Below, one piece after another: positions 1 to 9,456 of a stretch of DNA of 64,000 bases; the first letter of the stretch is position 1; every line of letters begins with the position of its first letter. The stretch spans positions 1,338-65,337 of the forward strand of contig JBKQWF010000243.1 of the NCBI GenBank assembly GCA_052139695.1, read 5' to 3'. The notes beneath the pieces were generated by a model. It made no database searches, had not been told where the DNA came from, and saw nothing but the letters and a program-made list of their open reading frames with translations. The translations under genes were made by a program, and so were the position numbers. The DNA is from Limisphaerales bacterium. GTDB lineage: Bacteria > Verrucomicrobiota > Verrucomicrobiia > Limisphaerales > Palsa-1400.

Positions 1-2
1 AA

Positions 3-656
3 ATCGCGACCGCGCTGATCGTTTTTCTGGGAGGCTTCTCCGTCATGGTGCTGGAGGTCGTCGGCACGCGCTATCTGGCCAAGGATTTTGGCGATTCGTT
101 CTATGTCTGGATCAGCCAGATTGGCGTGATTTTGATCGCGCTGGCGCTGGGTTACTCGATTGGCGGGTCGCTGGCGGACCGGTTTCGGCGCACGATTTTT
201 CTGGCCGTGCCCATGGCCGTGGCGGGATTGTTCATCTTTTTCATTCCCAAACTCGCCCCGCCCTTGGTCAAAGCCATCACCAGTCGCCATCACGGGACGG
301 ACGTCTCGGCCCTCTGGGACAAATTGGACCCGGTGATGGGCAGCACCGTGGTGTTCTTCCTGCCGTGCTTTGTCCTGGCCGTCATTTCGCCGTACATGGT
401 GCGGGTGGCGGCGCGCCGGCTGGACCGGGTGGGAACGACCAGCGGCCTGATTTACGCGGCCAGCACGGTGGGGAGCATCGCCGGCGTTTTTATTTCCGGT
501 TATATTTTCATTCAGTATCTTTCCATCCCGACCATTTTCCAGGCGACGGGCGTGGTTACTTTGTGTCTGGCGGCGTTATGCCTGGCGATGGACAAGTGGC
601 TCAAGGCGGTGGAAATCGGGGAAGCGGCCCGGCAAACCGAGGAGGCAACACCGTAA
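3..656 (+). CDS. Membrane (MFS-like) N-terminal module of the fused MFS/spermidine-synthase family, 5'-truncated by window edge
   Basis: Frame open from base 3 (IATALIVFLGGFSVMVLEV...); multiple TM helices; motifs 'MVLEVVGTRYLA..FG.S.YVW', 'ALGY..GG.LADR', 'G.IYA.ST.GSI.G'. Confidence 0.8.
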   Translation: MATALIVFLGGFSVMVLEVVGTRYLAKDFGDSFYVWISQIGVILIALALGYSIGGSLADRFRRTIFLAVPMAVAGLFIFFIPKLAPPLVKAITSRHHGTDVSALWDKLDPVMGSTVVFFLPCFVLAVISPYMVRVAARRLDRVGTTSGLIYAASTVGSIAGVFISGYIFIQYLSIPTIFQATGVVTLCLAALCLAMDKWLKAVEIGEAARQTEEATP

Positions 657-705
657 CTTTCCGGCGGAAAAGAGCGTCTATGTTTAAAACAGGAATCATG
701 TCAAA

Positions 706-1665
706 ATGAAAATTTTCAACCGGCATTCTTTGAACAACATCTTTCCCCTCCCCGCCAGATGGCTGCCGGGTCTGGCCGTCCTGCTCTGCGGCTGGAGCGG
801 TTTCGCCCAACCGGGCAAGCAGGTGATCTTTGAGCGCATTTCCCAGTATCATCATATTCAGGTGTATGACGAGGAGGGCATCCGTACCCTGAGCTTCAAC
901 GGTTCGTGGGAGACGAAGATGTCGCTGGCCAATCCGTTGACTGGGCATTTTGAATACACGGAGTATTTTCAGATGCCCTTCCTCTGGAATCCGAACATCA
1001 AGCATGTGCTGATGGCCGGCCTGGGCGGCGGCAGCACGCAGCGCGCCTACCAGCACTACTTCACCAATGTGACGGTGGATACGGTGGAAATTGACCCGGT
1101 GGTGGTGGAGGTGGCGAAGAAGTATTTTCATGTGACCGAGACCAACAATTCGCGGATTCACACCAACGACGCGCGGGTTTTCCTGAACCGTTCGACCAAC
1201 CATTATGACGTCATCCTGATGGACGCCTACTCGACGACGCCGCCTTACGGCTCGTCCCTGCCGCCGCACTTGACGACCAAGGAATTCTTCACCCTGGCCA
1301 GCGCCCACCTCACGACCAACGGCGTGCTGGGCTATAATGTCATCGGCCAAATCACCGGCTCGCGCGAGAACCTGGTCGCCGCCCTCTATCGCACGTTGAA
1401 GGAGGTCTTTCCGCAGGTTTATCTCTTCCCGGCGGAGGAAAGCCAGAACATCGTCTTCATCGCGACCAAGGACCCGGAGCTGATGACCTGGTCCGACGCG
1501 CAGTTGACGGGTAACGCGCGCGTCCGCGCCGGGGTGGTCACGCTGCCTACTTTTTCGGCGCGGACGAGAAACTTCAACAACCGCCCGCCCTCCACCGCGA
1601 CCAACTCCACCATTCTGACCGATGACTTCTGCCCGATTGAAAGGCTGATGGAAGATTCGAGATAA
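706..1665 (+). CDS. Spermidine-synthase-like SAM-dependent transferase domain with N-terminal signal peptide
   Basis: 'SQYHHIQV', 'GLGGG', 'VEIDPVVVEVAKKYF', 'DARVFL', 'YDVILMDAY', 'HLTTKEFF', C-terminal 'LTDDFCPIE'. Confidence 0.85.
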   Translation: MKIFNRHSLNNIFPLPARWLPGLAVLLCGWSGFAQPGKQVIFERISQYHHIQVYDEEGIRTLSFNGSWETKMSLANPLTGHFEYTEYFQMPFLWNPNIKHVLMAGLGGGSTQRAYQHYFTNVTVDTVEIDPVVVEVAKKYFHVTETNNSRIHTNDARVFLNRSTNHYDVILMDAYSTTPPYGSSLPPHLTTKEFFTLASAHLTTNGVLGYNVIGQITGSRENLVAALYRTLKEVFPQVYLFPAEESQNIVFIATKDPELMTWSDAQLTGNARVRAGVVTLPTFSARTRNFNNRPPSTATNSTILTDDFCPIERLMEDSR

Positions 1666-1671
1666 GGCGTT

Positions 1672-3327
1672 ATGGCCAATCCGACCGCAGGCGAGTTTTT
1701 ATTTGACTATCTGTATGACAAAGGCGTGACGCACGCCTTCGGGCTGCCGGGGGATTTCGCGCTGCCGCTGTTCCGCTGGCTGGACCGCTCGAAGATCAAG
1801 CTCATCACCATGACGCACGAGCCGTCGGTCGGTTTTGCCGCCGACGGCTACGCGCGGCTGAAGGGTTTGGGCGTGGCCTGCGTCACCTACTGCGTGGGCG
1901 GATTGAATCTGGTCAATCCGGTGGCGTGCGCTTACGCGGAAAAGAGCCGCGTGCTGGTCATCTCCGGCGGGCCGGGCATCAATGATCGCCGGCTGGATCC
2001 GTTGCTCCATCATAAAGTGCGCACCTTCGACACCCAGCGCCGCATTTTCGAGGAAGTCACCTGCGCCACCGCCGTGCTTCTGGACGCGGCCACGGCGGCG
2101 TCGGAAATCATGCGGGTGGTCGAAGAGGTGATGGCGCAGTGCCGGCCGGGCTACATTGAGGTTCCCTTTGACATGGTGGACCAGCCGATCAAGCTGCCGC
2201 ATCCGCGCCGGGCGGCGGCGCCGGTGAGCGACCGGGAAAACCTGGAGGCGTGCCTGAAGGAGGCGGCGGAAATGATTGGCGGCGCGAAGCAGCCGGTCAT
2301 TGTCGCGGACGTGGAACTGCATCGTCATGGTTTGACGGACCTGGCGCTGGCGATTGCGGAAAAATTCAACATCCCCATCGCGGCCACGCTGCTTTCCAAG
2401 AGCGTCATCCGCGAGACGCATCCCAATTACATCGGCGTTTACAGCGGCGGCCTGTCCGAGCCGGCGTGCCAGAATTATGTCGAGACCAGCGATTGCGCGA
2501 TTCTGCTCGGCGCGTTCATCTCGGATGTGTTCCTGGGACTTTTTACCGCCAAGCTGGACCGCAAGAACTGCATTCTGGCCACGACGGAGAAAACGCGCCT
2601 CGGGCTGCACGGCTACGATCAGGTCCTGTTCAAGGATTTTCTGGAAGGGCTGCGGGACGCGCCCATCCGGCCCAAGCCGCCGCTGAAGAATCCCAATCCG
2701 GCGGTGAAGCTCAAGCCCCTGACCGCGGCAGAACGCGCCGGGCCGCTGGATGTCGAGGCCTTTTTCCGCGTCGTCGGGCTGACGATGAAGGAAGGCAGCA
2801 ACGTGGTGTGCGACACGGGCGACGCGCTCATTGGCGCGATTGGACTGCGCACCTCGCAGCGCAATAATTTCATGGCCGACGCCTACTATCTTTCCATGGG
2901 TTTTGCCACGCCGGCGGCCATCGGAGCGATGGCGGCGGACCCCAAAGGGCGCACTATTGCCATCGTGGGCGACGGCGCTTTTCAAATGACCGGGATGGAA
3001 CTGTCCACCGCGGCCAAGGAGGGATTCAAGCCGATTGTCTGCATCCTCAACAACGACGGCTACGGCACGCAGCGCCATATTATTGACGGGAAATTCAACA
3101 ACATCCACCGGTGGGATTACACCAAAATCTGCGATCTGCTGGGTTACGGCGCCGGGTTGCGGGTCAAGACCAAAGGCGAATTGGAGGAGGCGCTGAAGAA
3201 GGCCTTTGCCGACGAGAGCCAAATGTATGTGATCGAGGTGGTGCTGCCGCGCGACAGTTGCAGCCCCGCCATGTCGCGCTTTGCCGCCCAGATCGCGAAC
3301 GAGAGAGATGTCAACAGGAAAGGTTAA
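1672..3327 (+). CDS. TPP-dependent alpha-keto acid decarboxylase (indolepyruvate/pyruvate decarboxylase family)
   Basis: 'FGLPGDF', 'HEPSVGFAADGYAR', 'LHH', TPP motif 'GDGAFQMTGMEL...NNDGY'. The true C-terminus may lie beyond the intron (5081-5098). Confidence 0.9.
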   Translation: MANPTAGEFLFDYLYDKGVTHAFGLPGDFALPLFRWLDRSKIKLITMTHEPSVGFAADGYARLKGLGVACVTYCVGGLNLVNPVACAYAEKSRVLVISGGPGINDRRLDPLLHHKVRTFDTQRRIFEEVTCATAVLLDAATAASEIMRVVEEVMAQCRPGYIEVPFDMVDQPIKLPHPRRAAAPVSDRENLEACLKEAAEMIGGAKQPVIVADVELHRHGLTDLALAIAEKFNIPIAATLLSKSVIRETHPNYIGVYSGGLSEPACQNYVETSDCAILLGAFISDVFLGLFTAKLDRKNCILATTEKTRLGLHGYDQVLFKDFLEGLRDAPIRPKPPLKNPNPAVKLKPLTAAERAGPLDVEAFFRVVGLTMKEGSNVVCDTGDALIGAIGLRTSQRNNFMADAYYLSMGFATPAAIGAMAADPKGRTIAIVGDGAFQMTGMELSTAAKEGFKPIVCILNNDGYGTQRHIIDGKFNNIHRWDYTKICDLLGYGAGLRVKTKGELEEALKKAFADESQMYVIEVVLPRDSCSPAMSRFAAQIANERDVNRKG

Positions 3328-5080
3328 AGGATAGTCCGCAGAACGGACGGGCCAATACGGTCCGCGACACAAACTCGATACGGCCTGATGCGACTGACGA
3401 GACTGCGAGTAAAGAGCGAAGTCCGAAGAACCGCCGGGAGCGACAAAAGCGAAGCGGTGGCCAGGGCCGCCCGGAACAAGAAGTATGGCCGGAAGACGGG
3501 GGCGCATGGGGTGGTTGGAGACGGAATGTCCGGAAATGCACGTTCGGTAATCAAGGAGACCTGTCCTGGTGCTGGAAGGAGCAGGGCAGGAGTCAGAGCC
3601 CCCGTAGTAGCGACAAAGCGGGTAACGACCGTGGAGCCAAGGGGGGCAGGAAAGTGGAAGCGTGAAAGAAACACCATCGCAATTCAAACTGCCGGGAGTG
3701 CCTCAGGCTAAACAAGGCAGAGAAGCCCCCCAGCGATGGGAGTGGACGGAAGCAAGCGTGTGGACAGAACGCATGTTGGAAACCCTCGAAAGAGGAATCA
3801 AAGGAGGCAAATGGTTCAGTTTGATGGATAAAGTATGGAAAAGGGAAAACCTGCAAAGCGCCTTGAGAAGGGTGGTAGAAAACAAGGGCGCGGCCGGAGT
3901 GGACGGCCAGAAGGCAGAGCCGTATCTGCGGGAAAGCCCCCGCCGGCTGGAACAAGTGCAGGAGATGCTGAGAAAAGGGCAATACACCCCCCAACCCGTC
4001 AAGCGGGTCTGGATACCCAAGTTGGGCAGCAAGGAACTCAGGCCGCTGGGAGTCCCGGCGGTGGAGGATCGCGTCGTGCAAACGGCGGTGCGAAATGTCA
4101 TCGAACCGATATTCGAGAACATCTTTGCCGAGCACAGCTACGGATTCAGGCCGCGACGCGGGGCCAAAGAGGCACTGCGGCGAGTAGATCAACTGCTCGA
4201 CGCGGGCCGCGTCTGGGTGGTGGATGCCGACCTCAAAGGCTACTTCGATTCGATTCCGCAGGATAGAATGATGGCAGCGGTCGCTGAGCACATTGCCGAC
4301 GGGCCTCTCTTGGAGTTAATCCAGAGGTTCCTCAAGCAAGGAGTCATGGAAAGCGGTAAAGGATGGCAGCCGACGGAAAAAGGGACGCCCCAAGGGGCGG
4401 TCATCAGCCCGCTCTTAGCCAACATTACCTGAATCCCTTGGACCATGTGATGGCCCAAGGGGGACGAGAGATGGTGCGCTACGCGGACGACTTTGTCATC
4501 CTGTGCCGGAGCGAGAAGGAAGCCAATGAGGTGCTGGAACAATTAGGCCGCTGGGTGGCGGGAGCGGGGTTGACCCTGCACCCGACCAAAACGCGGATTG
4601 TCAATGCCAGTCAAAAGGGTGGCTTTGATTTTCTCGGGTATCACTTTGAGCGAGACTACCGCTGGCCGCGCCCAAAGAGCCTGGACAAATTCAGAGAAAC
4701 GATTCGGCAAAAGACCGGGCGTTTAAGACCCGGCAGCATCGACGACATCATCGGAGAGGTGAACCGGACACTACGAGGCTGGTTTGAGTACTTCAAGCAC
4801 AGTATCCATGGGGTGTTCGTGAGGGAAGAAGGATGGGTGCGCGGAAGACTCAGGGCCATCCTGAGAAAGCGGCACAAAGGAAAAGGTCGCGCGCGCGGCA
4901 TCGACCATCAACACTGGCCCAACGCCTACTTCGCCGACTTGGGGCTATTCTCCTTAGCCATAGCTCGAAGGCAAGCGATCCAATCTCGCAAGAGAACCCA
5001 CTGACTGGAAAGCCGGATGCCCGAAACGGGCCTGTCCGGTTTGGAGGGGTGAGGTTCAAACCCTCGTCCCTACCCCTATC
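3310..5080 (+). mobile_element. Group II intron (RT/maturase, no endonuclease domain)
   Basis: RT ORF followed by domain V (AAGCCGGATGCCCGAAACGGGCCTGTCCGGTTT, ~5010-5042) and domain VI ending CCCTACCCCTAT(C) at 5079/5080. 5' boundary (3309/3310) inferred from restoring the host reading frame. Confidence 0.85.
3662..5004 (+). pseudogene. ltrA: Group II intron reverse transcriptase/maturase, split by a 1-nt frameshift near 4425
   Basis: ORF 3662-4432 has RT0-4 ('GAAGVDG', 'RPLGVPAVEDRVVQ', 'SYGFRP', 'DLKGYFDSI', 'GTPQGAVISPLLANI'). ORF 4363-5004 continues 'YLNPLD...RYADDFV...GFDFLG' plus maturase X. AAC ATT ACC TG lacks one T relative to ATT TAC CTG. Confidence 0.9.
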
Positions 5081-5118
5081 CCGGAAATTCGCCAATGATT
5101 GGGGAAGGTGGCAACCTT

Positions 5119-6588
5119 CTACGCTATCATGGCGTCGATGGGCTGGCCTTTGCCGAGGTTGGTGACGTAAAAGGGGCGGCCTTCGGTTACGTAATTGTGG
5201 TCCGGCGGAATGCCGAGGGCCTTATAAATGGTGGCGTGGGCGTCGCTTAAGCCGACTACATTCTCAACAGGCACCATGGGATGGTGGGGCGCGGTTTTGC
5301 CGTGGACATAGCCGCCTTTGAAGCCGCCGCCGAAAAAGAGCATCTGGTTGCCGCTGCTGAAATGGCCGTGGAACCCGTACATTTTCTCGTTCTCAATCGT
5401 CAAGTGTTCGCCGTTGTGCCGTTCCGCGTCCCCCTCCGGCTCGACTCCCGCGGAGGGCGCGCTGGCAATGGTGCGCCCAAATTCCGTCGCCACGCAGACC
5501 AAGGTCCGTTGCAGCAGGCCGCGCTCGTGGAGATCGCGGATCAGTTGCGCGATGGGGCCGTCAATTTGTTTCTTCATCTCGACCATGCGCTGGCGGCCGT
5601 TTTCGTGCATGTCAAAGCCTTTGAAGGGCCCGTACTGATATTCCACCTGCACGTAACGGGCGCCGGACTCGACCAAGCGCCGCGCCAGGAGGCAGCCTTC
5701 GCCAAAACGCTGCCCGTAATAGTAGCTGCTGTCGATTTGCTCCGCGGCGGTGATTTTCGGGCGATAAGCGGCGAGGGTGGCGGGCTTTTCATCGCGGGCG
5801 TAATTGAAGGCCTTCTTGACAGGAGAATCCATCATGGCGCGGGCTGCTTCCATCATTTGCATGTAATCCTCGGCTTTGCGCGCCTGGCGCAGTTCTTCCG
5901 GCCCGGCGGACACCAGCGCGGAAAGATAGGCTTGACGACGGTCGAGGCGCCGCATCTCCATGCCGCTGGCCGCATTGAGGGTGGAAAGGCCTTTGGCCGG
6001 GTCAGGAATCATGAAGGGCGCGTAATTAATCCCGTAGAAACCCGGCCCGATATATTCGCTGATGAAAAGCTTCTCTTCATCGCTTGTGTCGATGTCGCGC
6101 CCGACGTAGATGTAAGGAGGCACCTGCGGATCACGCCGGCCGAGAGTGCGCGCCACGACCGCCCCGATGCTGGGCGCCTTGACCCCGACGGGGAAAAGGT
6201 AGCCGGTCATCATATAATACTGCGCCTTCAAATGAATGGCCCCGAACCGCGTGGCGTAGCTCAAGCTGCGCAGAATGGTTCCATGATGCATGACCGAGGC
6301 GATGTTCTCCAAACCGTCGCCCAGAAAAATGCCGTCCGCCGACGTGGGAATGGCCTTGCAAGTGCCGAGCAGTTCGCTGCCTTTCATCCCTTGGCGGTAA
6401 GGGGTGAATTCCTTGGGGTCCCAGAGATCGGTTTGCGCCATGCCGCCGGGCAGCCAGATCATAATCATGGCGTCGGCCTTGGGCTTGAGGAGCGGGGCGG
6501 CAGCTTCGGCCCGTGCGCGTGTTCCCATGCTGGCGCCGGCGGCGGCGAGCGCCGCCGTGGCAATGAATTGACGTCGATTGACTTTCAT
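5119..6588 (-). CDS. DUF1501 family protein with Tat signal
   Basis: 'NRRQFI' twin-arginine; 'WLPGGMAQTDLWDPK', 'GCLLARRLVESGARYV', 'FDMH', 'TEFGRT', 'HATIYKALGI'. Confidence 0.9.
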   Translation of the reverse strand: MKVNRRQFIATAALAAAGASMGTRARAEAAAPLLKPKADAMIMIWLPGGMAQTDLWDPKEFTPYRQGMKGSELLGTCKAIPTSADGIFLGDGLENIASVMHHGTILRSLSYATRFGAIHLKAQYYMMTGYLFPVGVKAPSIGAVVARTLGRRDPQVPPYIYVGRDIDTSDEEKLFISEYIGPGFYGINYAPFMIPDPAKGLSTLNAASGMEMRRLDRRQAYLSALVSAGPEELRQARKAEDYMQMMEAARAMMDSPVKKAFNYARDEKPATLAAYRPKITAAEQIDSSYYYGQRFGEGCLLARRLVESGARYVQVEYQYGPFKGFDMHENGRQRMVEMKKQIDGPIAQLIRDLHERGLLQRTLVCVATEFGRTIASAPSAGVEPEGDAERHNGEHLTIENEKMYGFHGHFSSGNQMLFFGGGFKGGYVHGKTAPHHPMVPVENVVGLSDAHATIYKALGIPPDHNYVTEGRPFYVTNLGKGQPIDAMIA

Positions 6589-9210
6589 TTAGCGAATGAA
6601 TTGAAATTCCGGGCTGACCACCATGGCCCATAACATGTCGCCCAACGGCTCGGTGGCCGGGTCGCGCGGCACATGGGTTAGGCCCGACTTGTCCCAATAA
6701 ACCTTCCCGCCTTGCTGGTCAAAAGACCAGCCATCGATCCCCGAAGCGGAGTCGAGTCCCAGCTTGGCGACGGGAACTTCCAGTCGCACCCATTGGCCGG
6801 CGTTGGGCAATGGTCCCATCGGCTGCCGGCTGGGTTGATCCTTGGTCCCAAATTGGATTTCGTCCGCTCCCCAGAACGCCCGATGCTCCCAATTGTCCTG
6901 GTGCCATTGCAGCATGACTTCCTTGGGAGGATTGTTTGAGTCAATAAAAACGTAGGTGAAAAGCCGGTCGCGCACTCCGAACAGCAAGGGCTGGGCCCCG
7001 CTAAAGCCATGCTGTCCGGGGTTTCCGTTGGTGTTGAGGGTGTGCGATCTTGTGCCGCTGAAAACCGGTGCGGCGTTGCTGACCCACTGCCAGCTTTCAC
7101 CGTTGGTCTGGGCGCCCGGTGGCAATTGGTCATCGATCCAAGTCACCTCTTCTTCTCCTGCCGGGGCCGCCGCGGAAGATTTGCCGGGGAGGCAGCCGAG
7201 GCCGAGCGCCATCTCCTGGGCGGTGGGCGCGCGGTTCAGCACCGTCCAATAAAGCTCCTTCACCACTTTTTCGCGGTCCGCGTCCGAGGCCAGCGCGTCC
7301 AGGATTTCCCCGTCATAAACCATCCGGTGCAGCTCCGTCCCATTGAGCAATTCGAGCGACTGCACCACGGCCACGTCGTCCGAGCGGCCAGTGCTGATTT
7401 CGTTGTGGGTGGCGGGACGGCCCAGGGCACGCGTCAGTGCGGTGGAGGCGACCGAGCGAAAGAGCCGGGGTTTTTCGCTGGCGGCCGCGGTCGCCTGGCG
7501 AAGACTGTCAATAAACTGTTCCGCCGTCAGCCGCCGCAAGCTGGGCGAGCGCGCGTAACGCGGGGCCTCGGGCTTTTGGGTGTCGAAGTGGTCCTCCAAC
7601 GCGGGGTTGTAGCGCAATTGATAGGTGCGGCTGGCCAGAATCAGGCGGATGGTATGTTTGAGATCGTAGCCATGCCGCATAAAATCGTCCGCCAGCCAGT
7701 CGAGCAAGGCGGGATTGCTCGCCGGACGGTCCAGTCGAAAATCGTCCACCGGTTCAAACAGGCCCAGCCCCAAGTAGCGTTTCCACAGACGGTTGACGAT
7801 CGTCTTGGCGAAACGGGGATTGGACGGATCGATCAGCAGCGTCGTCATGTAATGCAGCCGCCCTTCCACGTCCCGCGGCGCGGCGGCGGGCGCGTCCGGC
7901 AACCCAAAGGGAAAGGCTGCCGAAATGAATCTGCCGCTGTGGACTTCGCAACGAACCAGCTCCAGGTCCTTTTCGGCAAAAAGCCCGGCGAAGGCCGTGA
8001 ATCTGGTTTGGGGCCATTCCTTGTTCAAAAAATGGCTGTGGCAACTGGCACATTTCATTCCCGTGCCCAAAAAAACCTGCGCGGTATTGGCGGCGGTTTG
8101 AATCGTGTCGTTCGGCGTTTGATTGCGCACGAAGCCATTGATGTTGGTCTTGCCATTGGCCACGGCCACGTTCGCGTCCTTATGCCCCGGCACCGTCGGG
8201 TCCAGCAACTCCGCCACCATCAAATCGTAAGGTTTGTTCTTCAGGAAACTGTCATAAATAAAATCCGTGTAATCTCCGTGCGTCGCCACGCCTCCCACCG
8301 TCGGCTGGCTGGCGAGCGCTTCCTCCCAAAAAGGCGTCCTGTTTGCCGCGTAATCCTCATTGCGGGCCAGCAGCGCGTCGATCAGCGCCAGCCGCTTTTC
8401 CGGCGTCTGGTCGGCCACGAATTGCCGGCTGGCTTCCGCCGTCGGGATCATGCCGATGAGGTCGAGATAGACGCGCCGGATAAAAGCGTCGTCGTCGCAC
8501 AAGGGCGGGGCTTCGCGCGCCTCGGGCAATCCGGCGGCTTCCCACTGGGCGATGACAAATTGATCAATCTCGTTGCAGGTCGGCCCGTGAACTTTGGGCG
8601 GCGCGGGCGCGGGCGGGACCAAGGCCAGACGAAGCGCCCGTCGGGCGGCGAATTGCTGTATTTTGTCACTGCCGAAGATGAAGGCATTTAAGAAGTTTTG
8701 CGTCTCTGCCGCAGGCAAGGCGGCGGAGGCATTGGTCCCCGCCGGCTTTGGAACGGCGAGGGCAGCCACCTGGGCCGAATCGTCCACCGCCCCCGCCGCG
8801 ATCCAGGACCGGATCAAATGCAACTCCCCCTCCGACAACGGCGGCTCGCCTTTGGGCATTTGCGGGCCTTCCGCCAGCCCTCGAATGTATTTGACGACGG
8901 CGCTTTCGTCCGGCTTGCCGGGCACGATGCCAGGCCCGCCTTTCTTCCCGCCTTTGGTCAAAGTAACGACCGAGCTGATGTCGAAGCCACCCTTATGATC
9001 ATCGGCCGAATGGCACTCGTCGCAATCGCTAACGAGGAAGGGCTTGATGTCGCGGGCAAAGCTGATCTTGGCCGCTTCCTTGAGGTCGATGGAGCGGACC
9101 TGGATTTCGACGCGTTTGCTCTCCGCCGCCACGGCGGAAAACTCCGGCAGCGCTATAGCCGCCAGAACCAGCCATAGCGCGACCCTTGGCATGATACGAA
9201 ATTGGCACAC
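6589..9210 (-). CDS. Planctomycete-type cytochrome c + DUF1549/DUF1553 protein
   Basis: CDECH and CASCH heme motifs; 'FIRRVYLDLIG.IPT', 'NPRFAKTIVNRLW...G.GL.EPVDD', 'LRRLTAEQ..DS'; adjacent to DUF1501. Start may be 9192. Confidence 0.9.
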   Translation of the reverse strand: MCQFRIMPRVALWLVLAAIALPEFSAVAAESKRVEIQVRSIDLKEAAKISFARDIKPFLVSDCDECHSADDHKGGFDISSVVTLTKGGKKGGPGIVPGKPDESAVVKYIRGLAEGPQMPKGEPPLSEGELHLIRSWIAAGAVDDSAQVAALAVPKPAGTNASAALPAAETQNFLNAFIFGSDKIQQFAARRALRLALVPPAPAPPKVHGPTCNEIDQFVIAQWEAAGLPEAREAPPLCDDDAFIRRVYLDLIGMIPTAEASRQFVADQTPEKRLALIDALLARNEDYAANRTPFWEEALASQPTVGGVATHGDYTDFIYDSFLKNKPYDLMVAELLDPTVPGHKDANVAVANGKTNINGFVRNQTPNDTIQTAANTAQVFLGTGMKCASCHSHFLNKEWPQTRFTAFAGLFAEKDLELVRCEVHSGRFISAAFPFGLPDAPAAAPRDVEGRLHYMTTLLIDPSNPRFAKTIVNRLWKRYLGLGLFEPVDDFRLDRPASNPALLDWLADDFMRHGYDLKHTIRLILASRTYQLRYNPALEDHFDTQKPEAPRYARSPSLRRLTAEQFIDSLRQATAAASEKPRLFRSVASTALTRALGRPATHNEISTGRSDDVAVVQSLELLNGTELHRMVYDGEILDALASDADREKVVKELYWTVLNRAPTAQEMALGLGCLPGKSSAAAPAGEEEVTWIDDQLPPGAQTNGESWQWVSNAAPVFSGTRSHTLNTNGNPGQHGFSGAQPLLFGVRDRLFTYVFIDSNNPPKEVMLQWHQDNWEHRAFWGADEIQFGTKDQPSRQPMGPLPNAGQWVRLEVPVAKLGLDSASGIDGWSFDQQGGKVYWDKSGLTHVPRDPATEPLGDMLWAMVVSPEFQFIR

Positions 9211-9278
9211 GTGCGAGACGTTTGACTTATCGGAACGATTATATATTCAGGTGGGAGCGGGTGCGATTAAAACCGTCG

Positions 9279-9293
9279 GCCAGTTTTATGCCA
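9279..9293 (-). promoter_or_regulatory. Candidate sigma54 (-24/-12) promoter for the DUF1553/DUF1501 pair
   Basis: TGGCATAAAACTGGC on - strand: GG-N10-GC spacing, ~70 nt upstream of the start. Confidence 0.4.
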
Positions 9294-9456
9294 GGGCGGC
9301 CACTCCGTTGGCCGCTGGGGTGAGGCGCGCAACGGAGTGCGCGCCCTACTTTTCTGACTCAAACCATTGGGACATAGTCAGAAAAATGGGGGCGGAAAAA
9401 TGATGGAAGTCCAGCGGAGAGAATGTCCCGTGTCCATCCCAATCTGCGGAGGCTCC

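Noticed and set aside
1699-3687. 662-aa antisense ORF, and similar long shadows (5281-6633, 7009-8691, 26388-27890, 32089-33465, 44810-46018)
   Set aside because: Antisense to well-supported genes; expected from GC3 bias; no motifs
4415-4440. Programmed -1 frameshift
   Set aside because: No X XXY YYZ slippery heptamer; a simple 1-nt loss explains it
3662-5004. RT as a DGR, retron or defence RT
   Set aside because: The maturase domain and downstream domain V/VI RNA identify a group II intron; no TR/VR pair was seen
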